From a virus (lineage: Duplodnaviria > Caudoviricetes), in IMG/VR virus record IMGVR_UViG_3300003481_000047, positions 1 to 27,821 of that record: DNA of 27,821 nucleotides; one strand, written 5' to 3'. Below the pieces are notes generated by a model. The model was not told the origin of the DNA. It searched no databases and was given only the letters and a program-made list of their open reading frames with translations. Position numbers and translations under genes: made by a program. Each line of letters starts with the position of its first letter. The stretch's first letter is position 1. This document shows positions 6,716 through 14,504 of the stretch, piece after piece.

Positions 6716-7005
6716 TGGCTGGCTTCCTTCTTGCCTGGGCGATGGGTGTACCGGGCGCGGCCCGGCAGATGGGGGATGAGGAGCTTCTGGGCGGTCGGCG
6801 CGCTGTAGCGCGCAACGCGGCATGGTTTGCCGCGGCGGTTGCGGACCACGATCTCGGTTGAGTGGATGACGTAGCCGTCGCGCCGGAGGTCGTAGACGCG
6901 CGCGCTGGCGCGGGCGATGCCAAGCTCGACCAGGATCTCCATGGCGGTCATCGGCTTCTTGGAGATGGCGTCCAGGAGCAGGGCGGATTGAGCGTCGTCC
7001 GACAT
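6712..7005 (-). CDS. Winged helix-turn-helix protein, 97 aa
   Basis: MTAMEILVELGIARASARVYDLRRDGYVI. ATG at 7005 has a GAGGT SD. Confidence 0.75.
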   Translation of the reverse strand: MSDDAQSALLLDAISKKPMTAMEILVELGIARASARVYDLRRDGYVIHSTEIVVRNRRGKPCRVARYSAPTAQKLLIPHLPGRARYTHRPGKKEASQ

Positions 7006-7012
7006 GGCCACC

Positions 7013-7276
7013 TCAGAACGACAGCTGGAGCTGCGGCATGGCCGGGAAAACCCTGCGCGGCGCCCTGGGCGCGCGGCGCGCGGCCGGCTGCTGGTGCATC
7101 TGCTCCCATTCCGCCAGGGCGCGTTCGTACTCGGGATGCCGCGCGGTGTGGCTGCAGGCGCACTCGATGCCATGGCCGCCGCCTGCGGAGGCGCGGCGCA
7201 GGTCATGGATGTGGCGGGCGGCGTGGCCCTTGCTGCAGGGTGTGATCGGTTCGGGGTGGCTGATCATGCGTTGCAT
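7013..7276 (-). CDS. Hypothetical His/Cys-containing protein, weakly Lar-like, 87 aa
   Basis: PCSKGH...IECAC...ALAEW. AGGAG SD. Confidence 0.6.
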   Translation of the reverse strand: MQRMISHPEPITPCSKGHAARHIHDLRRASAGGGHGIECACSHTARHPEYERALAEWEQMHQQPAARRAPRAPRRVFPAMPQLQLSF

Positions 7277-7295
7277 GGGCTTCTCCTGGGCCGCG

Positions 7296-7820
7296 TCAGG
7301 GCGCGGCGCTGACGAACGCCAGGTCGTAGATGACGCAATGCACCCGGGCCGCCGACAGGGTTTCGGCGTTCACCACGGAGGACAGGGGGGCAACCGCAGT
7401 TGCCCGGGTGCATGCGTCGGGGGAAACGGAATAGGAGCCGCTGGTCACGGCGTCGACGGCATCGAGCGCGTCCTGCCAGCGGCGAGGGGAGAACTCCTGG
7501 GTGAGTGCCGCGCCGACGCCGGCGGCGCAGTTCGGCACGCGGTCGGCGGCGCGGAAGCCGTTCAACGCGGTGAGGGCGATGGCGGCGCGCAGGCCCCAGT
7601 CGTCGTGATCGGCCAGGTCGTAGACGGCGAGCGCGGCGCAGATCCGCGGGCTCGTCACGATCAGGTCTGCCGGGATGGCGACTTCGCCATCCACGGCGAG
7701 CACCGAGGACGAGACGGGCTCAGGGTGGACGGGAGCGGCGCAGCCGACCATGACGAGCATCAGGGAGGCGAGGAGAGCGCACCTCAGCGCTGCGATTGCA
7801 TTGGATTGCCGCGCGCCCAT
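7296..7820 (-). CDS. Putative lipoprotein with a degenerate SleB/cell-wall-hydrolase-2-like fold, 174 aa
   Basis: Hydrophobic signal with lipobox MVG-C. ICAALAVY...G..AIA...LN....P...QEFS...W..A...AT echoes the SleB family, but the catalytic Glu is absent. Confidence 0.55.
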   Translation of the reverse strand: MGARQSNAIAALRCALLASLMLVMVGCAAPVHPEPVSSSVLAVDGEVAIPADLIVTSPRICAALAVYDLADHDDWGLRAAIALTALNGFRAADRVPNCAAGVGAALTQEFSPRRWQDALDAVDAVTSGSYSVSPDACTRATAVAPLSSVVNAETLSAARVHCVIYDLAFVSAAP

Positions 7821-7823
7821 GGT

Positions 7824-8264
7824 TCAGCGCTCCAAAGAGGCCGAGGACTGACGCGCGGGACCGCGCACGGCGCGCACGCGGTTGCCGCCGCCGCGGTAGG
7901 CGATGTAGGAATAGCCATAGCCGAAGTCGACGACCCAGGCGTAGTCCTTGTCGCCGGCGTAGACCGTGGAAGTCCAGAACCAGGTGTTCGGGGTGTTCGG
8001 GAACGCGTCGGTGTCGATGGCCGGCGAGTAGCGGGTGTCGTCCACCAGCGTCAGCAGCTCGGCGCGGGTCGGCAGGCGCCAGTCGTCGTGACCGCCCAGG
8101 CGCAGCTCTGCGCAGGCCTTGACGGCATCGGCGTGCTTCATCGACTCGGCGAAGGGGCTGGCCTGCCACTCCAGCCCGGTGGTGGTGTCCAGGACGGTCT
8201 CGTGGACCGGCGGCGGGGTGGGGACGATCTTCTGGAAGCGGGGAAGCGCGGCGGTGCCGGACAT
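7824..8264 (-). CDS. DGR target protein 2, DUF1566/Lcl protein, 146 aa, first gene of the pL operon
   Basis: VLDTTTGLEWQ...LGGHDDWRLPTRAELLTLVD...SPAIDTDAFP...WFWTST...AWVVDF..G...VRAVRG. GGAGA SD. The C-terminal region is encoded by VR2. Confidence 0.93.
   Translation of the reverse strand: MSGTAALPRFQKIVPTPPPVHETVLDTTTGLEWQASPFAESMKHADAVKACAELRLGGHDDWRLPTRAELLTLVDDTRYSPAIDTDAFPNTPNTWFWTSTVYAGDKDYAWVVDFGYGYSYIAYRGGGNRVRAVRGPARQSSASLER
7847..7947 (-). repeat. DGR variable repeat VR2 (remote target)
   Basis: 7851-7946 aligns to TR 1472-1567 over 96 bp with 15 mismatches, all at TR adenines (9 A>G, 5 A>T, 1 A>C). Confidence 0.96.
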
Positions 8265-8318
8265 TTGCGGTCTCCGTGCCCCGGCCCGGGATGGGCTGGT
8301 CTTGGGGCGACGGATGCA

Positions 8319-8360
8319 AAGTTAGGACTAGCTAATTACCAAGTCAATAGGAGAGGCTAA
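8319..8360 (-). promoter_or_regulatory. pL-like promoter (TTGACT-17-TAACTT) overlapped by two 14-bp operators (8322-8335 and 8347-8360)
   Basis: -35 at 8347-8342 and -10 at 8324-8319. TTAGGACTAGCTAA is the exact reverse complement of the operator at 9319-9332. Confidence 0.85.
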
Positions 8361-8428
8361 GTTTTTCAGCGGAAGGCTGAATACTTAACTATTGATTCAG
8401 GGTATTTGAGCGTATCGGGCCAAATGAG

Positions 8429-8451
8429 AAGCCCCACCTGGGGTGGGGCTT
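8429..8451 (-). terminator. Hairpin/intrinsic terminator ending the cI operon
   Basis: Stem AAGCCCCACC / GGTGGGGCTT, downstream of the 8477-8809 gene. Confidence 0.65.
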
Positions 8452-8476
8452 GATGGGCATCACCACAAGCTGGTGG

Positions 8477-8809
8477 TCAACGCATGGAGCGCAGGAGGCC
8501 GGCATCCTCGAACGTAACCCCATCCGCAATGCACTCACGTGCTCGGTCGAGGTCTCGATGTAGCGCCAGCAGCTCGGCATCGGAAAGGTCCTCGATGGCC
8601 GCGCATCCGATGGTGGCCTGGTCCACCAATAGCTGGAAGCCAAACTGTCGGTATGCCTTGGTCAAACTGCGGATCATGCGGATGTGGCTCTGCCGCGTGA
8701 TCTCGTCCATTGGGCGAAGCGCCCCAACATCAGCCAGCGGCTTGTCAGCTGGCGGTGCGGCGCTGATCCGCTCCAGCAACTTTTCCAGCAGTGTGTCCGT
8801 TTTGCTCAT
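8477..8809 (-). CDS. Hypothetical protein co-transcribed with cI, 110 aa
   Basis: MSKTDTLLEKLLERIS..., GGGAG SD, overlaps the 3' end of cI. Confidence 0.7.
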   Translation of the reverse strand: MSKTDTLLEKLLERISAAPPADKPLADVGALRPMDEITRQSHIRMIRSLTKAYRQFGFQLLVDQATIGCAAIEDLSDAELLALHRDLDRARECIADGVTFEDAGLLRSMR

Positions 8810-9269
8810 CTCGCTCCCTGTGACTATCCCGCTTCGCCCGCCATTGAGCGAAGTCCACAAGGTTTCTTTGATCTATCGGCCTGTCGTCCTCGGAAACCCA
8901 CTCATAGACGTCCGCGAACAGGTCGGCTTCCGCCGTGAGTGAGAACTTCTTGCCGAGTGCAGCGAAGGCTCGCTCAAGGAAATCTTGGGTGGCGGAAAGG
9001 ATCGCCGGGTCAGGTCGCGCGGAGTGAGACTTAGTTGGGCCGGGTGCCTGGCGACGCTCCATGGGCCCTTGGCCGGTGGCGAGCCACTCATCCGAGACCA
9101 CCAAAGCCGCAGCTGCGCTAAGAAGGTTCTCGCCGCGGAGGAACTTCGACTTTCCGCTCAACCAGCCATGGACGCTTGGCTGGCTCACGCCGCACAGCCG
9201 CGCAAGTTCTGCTTGGGACATGCCCCGCTGAGACATAGCGAGGGAAAGGCGTTCGGCGAGAGTGCTCAT
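8745..9269 (-). CDS. cI: CI-like Xre/HTH_3 repressor with no recognisable S24 peptidase domain, 174 aa
   Basis: LAERL...MSQAELARLCGVSQPSVHGWLSG...WLATGQG. Transcribed divergently from cro. Confidence 0.88.
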   Translation of the reverse strand: MSTLAERLSLAMSQRGMSQAELARLCGVSQPSVHGWLSGKSKFLRGENLLSAAAALVVSDEWLATGQGPMERRQAPGPTKSHSARPDPAILSATQDFLERAFAALGKKFSLTAEADLFADVYEWVSEDDRPIDQRNLVDFAQWRAKRDSHRERDEQNGHTAGKVAGADQRRTAS

Positions 9270-9335
9270 TAGTTAAGCCTAATTAGGGTTGGCTTCGGAC
9301 TGGCTATTGACCACGGACTTAGCTAGTCCTAAGCT
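9269..9335. promoter_or_regulatory. oR region: three 14-bp operators at 25-bp spacing (9269-9282, 9294-9307, 9319-9332), pR (TTGACC-17-TAAGCT) and a probable leaderless pRM
   Basis: Sites TTAGTTAAGCCTAA, TTCGGACTGGCTAT and TTAGCTAGTCCTAA, consensus TTAG-N6-CTAA. pR -35 at 9307-9312 and -10 at 9330-9335. Confidence 0.85.
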
Positions 9336-9343
9336 TCGGCGCC

Positions 9344-9748
9344 ATGGACACCAAAACCCCCTCCCAGATCATCGATGCGCTCGGCGGCACTGCGACGGTC
9401 GCCAGGCTCTGCAGAGTCAAGGCTCCGTCCGTTAGCGACTGGCGGAAGAACGGAATCCCGGACGCGCGCCGGCAGTACCTGGAGCTTCTCCGGCCCGACG
9501 TATTCCAGGAGGAGGGAATCACGAAGCGCGCGCTGATGCAGCGCCTGGCACTGACCAACGACACGAGTCTTGCCGTGCTGCTGCAGTTGCCGCGCGAGAC
9601 CGTGGAGGAATGGCCGGACGACGCGACTGTCCCGGCTTCGCCGCGGTTGCAGGCGCTGCTCGCCGATGTTCCCGCCGCCGCCGCCGCCGCGTCGCAGGAA
9701 CCCGAAGACCCCGACGCCGCCCGCATCGTCCCGGTGGAGACCGCCTGA
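9344..9748 (+). CDS. cro: Cro-like regulator with a C-terminal extension, 134 aa
   Basis: IIDALGGTATVARLCRVKAPSVSDWRKNGIP..R is a Cro/YdaS-type HTH. Confidence 0.85.
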   Translation: MDTKTPSQIIDALGGTATVARLCRVKAPSVSDWRKNGIPDARRQYLELLRPDVFQEEGITKRALMQRLALTNDTSLAVLLQLPRETVEEWPDDATVPASPRLQALLADVPAAAAAASQEPEDPDAARIVPVETA

Positions 9749-9828
9749 GATGGACGTTCTCGCCGATAAGTTCCGTGTCCTGCCAGATGAAAGGCGGGAC
9801 TTCCATGTCCTCGCCGACAGGTTCCGGG

Positions 9829-10032
9829 TTACGCCGCCAGCAGGTTTTTCAGTGCAGCGAGCGTCGCGTCCCGTGTTTCCTGATCCGACTTCTGAAGGCT
9901 CGGCATGAGAAGCGCCTCCACCTTTTCTGCGAACTGCGAGTCGCGCTCCATTGCGTCCTTTGCCAGCTGCGCGACGACTGCCTGCATTGCAAACGTCGTG
10001 ACCAACAAGTGGTTTCTCAGCTCGGTCTCCAT
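9829..10032 (-). CDS. Small antisense-oriented hypothetical protein, 67 aa
   Basis: METELRNHLL... with a strong AAGGAGG SD. Predicted helical. Confidence 0.5.
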   Translation of the reverse strand: METELRNHLLVTTFAMQAVVAQLAKDAMERDSQFAEKVEALLMPSLQKSDQETRDATLAALKNLLAA

Positions 10033-10192
10033 GTCGCCCTCCTTGCGGGCTGTTCGTGTGGAAACAGCAGCGTACCGCAAGGCGGGCGGCGCCTTCTTGG
10101 CCGGGGAGGGCGCCTGAAATGTCGGTGATCTCTTCCATGGCGCCCATCGTGCGCCGCGCCTTCGCCAACAACTACGTTCACGGAGTCCAGGA

Positions 10193-10663
10193 ATGAACAT
10201 CAGCGATGCAGCCCACAAGACCGTGAAGGAATACCCGGGCGGCGCTGAGGCGTTGTCGACCCGCTTGGTGACCATCAACGAGAAGGGTGAGGAGCGGCCC
10301 ATGTCTGCCGCTGTGCTGCGCAACAAGGTCAATCCGAACAACACGACGCACCACCTGACCCTTGCGGAAGCGAGCGAGATCATGGCGCTGACGAACAATC
10401 ACCGGATTCTCCACGCCTTGGCTGCAGAGCACGGCTACGTCCTGCGTCGTGTCGAGGGTGCGCCGAGCGGCAGCGTCGTGACGGCGATCCTCGCGGTGTC
10501 GGCTCGGCAAGGGGATCTGGCGCAGGCTGTGTCCGAGTCCCTGGAAGATGGGCAAATCACGCCCAACGAAGCTATCGAGATCGGCCGGCTGTGCGCATCG
10601 ATTCAGGCGGATGCGGCGGAACTTGCGCAGCGCGCCGATCAGGCCGCCTCGAGGTCTCGCTGA
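10193..10663 (+). CDS. cII: Phage regulatory protein CII (CP76/186-type)
   Basis: YPGGAEAL...LRNKVNPN...HHLTLAEA...ILHALAAEHG. Confidence 0.8.
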   Translation: MNISDAAHKTVKEYPGGAEALSTRLVTINEKGEERPMSAAVLRNKVNPNNTTHHLTLAEASEIMALTNNHRILHALAAEHGYVLRRVEGAPSGSVVTAILAVSARQGDLAQAVSESLEDGQITPNEAIEIGRLCASIQADAAELAQRADQAASRSR

Positions 10664-10974
10664 TGGCTGCCCAGGACGCAAAGCCTAGGCAGCGGATGAT
10701 CGGCCTTGCCCGCTACACGGATCAGCAACTGCGGACAGAGCTTGATCGCCGGGCGCGCGCTGCAGGTAAGCCGGCGGCGCAGTGGGTCGGCAAGCGGTCG
10801 GAGTACCTGCGCAAGACGGCCGCCGAGTTGCAGGCACAGCTTGACGAGCTTCTGGAGGACCGTGTTCCAGCGGGGCCGATGCTGGCCGTGAAGCGCGCCC
10901 GTGTGCGCTCCCTCGAAGAGCGGATCAACAAGAACTTGCGCTTCGCCAAGTTGGCGGAAGCGGAAGGGAACTAG
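10663..10974 (+). CDS. Hypothetical coiled-coil protein, 103 aa
   Basis: TGATG coupling to cII. Begins MAAQDAKPRQ. Confidence 0.6.
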   Translation: MAAQDAKPRQRMIGLARYTDQQLRTELDRRARAAGKPAAQWVGKRSEYLRKTAAELQAQLDELLEDRVPAGPMLAVKRARVRSLEERINKNLRFAKLAEAEGN

Positions 10975-11122
10975 GCGCGCCGTCGCCACCAGAACCCCGC
11001 CCCTCTAACCGCCGGGTAGCTCCTGGCGGGACAGCCGAACTCCTGCGCGGTTGAGGGATGCGGGTATGCAGGAGGACGTAGGAGCAGAGCCATGCAGTAC
11101 ACGACATCGAGGGGGGGCTGAC

Positions 11123-12079
11123 ATGCAGGACGCACGCATTGCGACCGGGCTATCAGGCCATCCGAAAACCAAGAAGCTGATCCGCACGCTGGGCCAAGCC
11201 GCAGCGTGGAACCTGATCTGCCTCATCACCTGGGCAGCAGCGAACCGCAGCGACGGTGACCTGTCGGGGATGACGGTTGAGGATATTGAGCTTGCCGCCG
11301 ACTGGCTGGGCGACGAAGGCGTTCTCGTGGCCGAGCTGGTCCGCGTCCGCTTCCTGGACCAGACCGAGGCCGGCTACGCGCTGCACGACTGGGAGGACCA
11401 CAACCCGTGGGCCGCTGGCGCCGAAGCGCGGAGCGAGAAGTCGCGTTGGGCTGCCCTGTGCAAGCAATACGGACGCCCCGAGGCTGCTAAGAGGATGCCC
11501 GACTATGCCAAGCGCATCGGGTTTGAATACTCGTCGCAACCCGAAGGACTGCCAGAAAGTGCCAGTGGCACCCCAGTGGCAGATTCTGGGAGTGCCCCGT
11601 CTCCGTCTCCGTCTCCGTCTCCGTCTCCAGAAGAGCCTAAATCCTCGCTTCGCTCGGATTCGTCATCGGCTGCGCCGGATGACGCCCAGGCCGACGGCGG
11701 CAAGAGCGGCGACAAGGCCCAACGGCTGGCCGAGGTCACGGACGAGGCGATTGCGGCATGGAACGCCTCGCTGCTGGTCAAGCCAAACGGCGGCCTGCTG
11801 GCGGCGGTGAACCCTGCCGTAGGGCGCGAGAACCGCCGAAACCAGGTCAAACGCTGCATCGCCATCGCCCGGGACATTTGCCGGGAGCAGGGACATCGGC
11901 GCATCCCCGCCGAGTTCTGGGCGGAGTACTTCGCCGTCGCCGCACGGGACGATTTCCACGCCGGTCGCCAAGGCGGCGGGCGCGGCCACGAGAGGTGGAT
12001 GCCCGATTTCGAGTTCCTGACGCAGCCCAAGACGATGCTGAAGCTGTTCGAGCGCGTCGAGAGCGAGGAGACGGCCTGA
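11123..12079 (+). CDS. Phage replication initiator (O-like)
   Basis: HPKTKKL...NLICLITWA...DG and LHDWEDHNP in the N-terminal domain, a Ser/Pro linker, and C-terminal W.PDFEFL. Lies immediately upstream of dnaB. Confidence 0.75.
   Translation: MQDARIATGLSGHPKTKKLIRTLGQAAAWNLICLITWAAANRSDGDLSGMTVEDIELAADWLGDEGVLVAELVRVRFLDQTEAGYALHDWEDHNPWAAGAEARSEKSRWAALCKQYGRPEAAKRMPDYAKRIGFEYSSQPEGLPESASGTPVADSGSAPSPSPSPSPSPEEPKSSLRSDSSSAAPDDAQADGGKSGDKAQRLAEVTDEAIAAWNASLLVKPNGGLLAAVNPAVGRENRRNQVKRCIAIARDICREQGHRRIPAEFWAEYFAVAARDDFHAGRQGGGRGHERWMPDFEFLTQPKTMLKLFERVESEETA
11597..11626 (+). repeat. (CCGTCT) x5 hexamer repeat encoding a PSPSPSPSPS linker
   Basis: Read directly from the sequence. Confidence 0.9.
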
Positions 12080-13515
12080 TGCACGACGTCGACCAGGCGC
12101 TGGCGCACCTGCGGGTGCCACCGCAGAGCGTTGCCGCCGAGCAGGCGGTCATCGGCGGCCTGATGCAGTACCCGGAAGCATGGGCCAAGGTGGAGGCGTT
12201 GCTGCAGCCCGAGGACTTCTACCGCCGCGACCACCAGCAGGTCTACCGGGCGATCCGGGACATGGTGGCGCGCGACCGGCCGTTTGACGCCGTGACGTTG
12301 GGCGAGTGGTTCGAGGCTCAGGCCAAGGCCGCCGGTCGTGATGACGATGGAATCGGTTCCTACCTGATCGATCTGGCCGCGACCACGCCATCGGCAGCGA
12401 ACATCGCCGGCTATGCCCAGATCGTGAGCGACAAGGCCCTGGCGCGGCGGATGATCGAGATCGGGACGGAGATCGCCAACGCGGGGTTCGATCCGGGCTT
12501 CACCCCGGACGATGGCATCGCCGCCGCGCAGACGCTGATGCAGGGGCTGGCCCCAAGCCAGACCGGCGGCCTGGTCTCTGTCACCGACACGTTGCCGGAC
12601 TGGTTCGATGACTTGCGCCACCGGTTCGAGTTGGGCACGTCCGTTACTGGCGTACCGACCCCCTGGGCGGCGCTCAACGATGCGACCCACGGACTGCAGG
12701 ACGGCGACCTGATCATCCTGGCCGGCCGTCCCAGCATGGGCAAATCCATCGCGGGCCTGAACATCACCGACTTCGCCGCGCGGGATCGGCATGTCGCGCT
12801 GTTCTCTCTGGAGATGAACAAGAAGCAGATCAACAGGCGTGGCATCTCGGCCGCGGCCAAGGTTCCCCACGACTGGCTGCTGGCTCCAGGCGGCGCCGAC
12901 GAGCACTGGTCGAAGGTGACTGGCGCGGTGCGGGACCGGCGCGCGCTGCAGCTGAGCATTGACGACACGCCGTCCCTGCGGATCAGCCAGCTCATGGCCC
13001 GGGCGCGCGCGCTGCACGCGAGGAATCCCATCCGCTTGCTGGTGGTGGACCACATCCATGACTTCAAGATCGACGCGAAGCTGGCGCGCTTCGAGTACGG
13101 CGAGATCGCCCAGGGGCTCAAGACCCTTGCCAAGGAGTTCAACTGCCCGGTTGTGGCGCTGGGCCAGCTGAACCGCGCGTTGTCGCAGCGTTCGGACAAG
13201 CGGCCGACCATGGCTGACCTGCGCGAGTCGGGCGAGATCGAGCAGAAGGCGGACATGATCATCTTCATCCACCGCGAGGACTACTACGACAAGAACACCC
13301 ACATGCGTGGGGTTGTTGAGTTGATCTTGGCGAAGGGCCGCGACGTGGAGGCCGGGAAGTCGATCTTCTTGGCGAACGACTACGCGCACATGGCGCTGCG
13401 TGACCTGGACGGTCCGCTGCCGTTGCCTGCGGAGCCGGAGCGGGGCAGCAAGCCGGGCAAGCCGCGGTTCTTCGGCGGTGGCGCCGGCCGGCGGTTGGCC
13501 CCGGAGGAGGACTGA
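12079..13515 (+). CDS. dnaB: Replicative DnaB-like helicase
   Basis: PPQSVAAEQAVIGG, Walker A GRPSMGKS, FSLEM, VVDHIH, QLNR and DLRESGEIEQKAD. TGATG start at 12079. Confidence 0.95.
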   Translation: MHDVDQALAHLRVPPQSVAAEQAVIGGLMQYPEAWAKVEALLQPEDFYRRDHQQVYRAIRDMVARDRPFDAVTLGEWFEAQAKAAGRDDDGIGSYLIDLAATTPSAANIAGYAQIVSDKALARRMIEIGTEIANAGFDPGFTPDDGIAAAQTLMQGLAPSQTGGLVSVTDTLPDWFDDLRHRFELGTSVTGVPTPWAALNDATHGLQDGDLIILAGRPSMGKSIAGLNITDFAARDRHVALFSLEMNKKQINRRGISAAAKVPHDWLLAPGGADEHWSKVTGAVRDRRALQLSIDDTPSLRISQLMARARALHARNPIRLLVVDHIHDFKIDAKLARFEYGEIAQGLKTLAKEFNCPVVALGQLNRALSQRSDKRPTMADLRESGEIEQKADMIIFIHREDYYDKNTHMRGVVELILAKGRDVEAGKSIFLANDYAHMALRDLDGPLPLPAEPERGSKPGKPRFFGGGAGRRLAPEED

Positions 13516-13889
13516 TGGCTATGTCCCATTCGACCGGCACCCCGACCGCTGAGGAGGCTGAGCGCATCGTGGCGGCGAAGGTCGGCCCCTGCATGGCCTG
13601 TCTGGCGCTCGTCACCGCCGACCTGCTGGCGCCGGAGCTGGTGGTGATCGGCTGCGACTACAACCACGCGAAAAGCGGCAACGTCCGCCGCGGGCACATG
13701 TTCGGGTATGCGCTGTGCGCCTGGCATCACCGACGCCACCCGCTGGAGGGGAACACCTTCGCGTGGATGCGGGCGATCTACGGCCCGAGCCTGCTTGATG
13801 GCTCGCGCGTGTTCCACGAGACCTACGGCTCGGACGACGAGCTGATCGAGCAACAGACCTACGTGATCGAACAAAGGAGAGCGGCATGA
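13515..13889 (+). CDS. Zn-binding HNH-like nuclease (Ref/nin-region type), 124 aa
   Basis: CMAC...YNH...GH...ALCAWHH...FHETYG.DDEL. Confidence 0.7.
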   Translation: MAMSHSTGTPTAEEAERIVAAKVGPCMACLALVTADLLAPELVVIGCDYNHAKSGNVRRGHMFGYALCAWHHRRHPLEGNTFAWMRAIYGPSLLDGSRVFHETYGSDDELIEQQTYVIEQRRAA

Positions 13890-14497
13890 ACAACGTGCGC
13901 GAGCTGCTGGCGCGGCTGAACCCCACCGTTGCCAGGCTGGACGGCGCGGCCGGCGGTGGCGTGGTCGAACTGAGCAATATCGACATCTCCGGGGCGCTGG
14001 GCATGGTGCCGGCTGGCATTGGCCGAGACCTGCTGGAGCTGCTGCACGGTCCCGACCCGAGCCGCGGCGACATCCTGCGGGTGCTGGAGGGCATCACGCG
14101 CATGGCGCTGGAGGAGCGGAACCGGCGGTCGAAGGACTACGCGGATGCACGCGCGACCTGGGGCATTGCCGAATGCATGGCTCGGTTCAACCGCGACCGG
14201 GAGGAGCGCACGGTGCGACACCTGGAGATCCTCAAGGCGCGGGTGGCCATTGCCCGCGACCGGCTGTGGCCCGAGCGCTTGGAAGAGCGGATGCCGGAGA
14301 TCGCTACGGTGGCAATCGGCTACATGAAGGGCGAACGCTTGAGCAACCGCGAGCGCGCCACCGCCCTCGGCGTCGGCGATTCGACGTACCGGGAGGGATG
14401 GGCCGAAGTGGTGGATTGGCTGCTGACCCAGATGCTTGAGGCGGAGCAGTGCGCAGCGAACAGGTTCTGCCACGCGCTCCAGCAGTCGGCCGCGTAG
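13886..14497 (+). CDS. Probable late antiterminator Q-like protein, 203 aa
   Basis: Last early gene before a promoter-terminator pair and the lysis genes. C-terminal HTH-like SNRERATALGVGDSTYREGW. Confidence 0.65.
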   Translation: MNNVRELLARLNPTVARLDGAAGGGVVELSNIDISGALGMVPAGIGRDLLELLHGPDPSRGDILRVLEGITRMALEERNRRSKDYADARATWGIAECMARFNRDREERTVRHLEILKARVAIARDRLWPERLEERMPEIATVAIGYMKGERLSNRERATALGVGDSTYREGWAEVVDWLLTQMLEAEQCAANRFCHALQQSAA

Positions 14498-14504
14498 TGC
14501 GCGG

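Noticed and set aside
1468-7947. The three ~100-bp repeats as a CRISPR array or IS ends
   Set aside because: They are dispersed, have no spacers, cas genes or transposase, and the mismatch pattern is adenine-specific.
11550-11600. Replication-origin iterons within the initiator gene (CCAGTGGCA x2)
   Set aside because: Only two short copies and no clear AT-rich tract, so too weak to call.
11503-13389. 628-aa minus-strand ORF, and similar long antisense ORFs at 7038-8360, 19594-20760, 20805-22493 and 23203-24414
   Set aside because: These are shadow ORFs opposite well-supported genes in GC-rich DNA, with no recognisable motifs.
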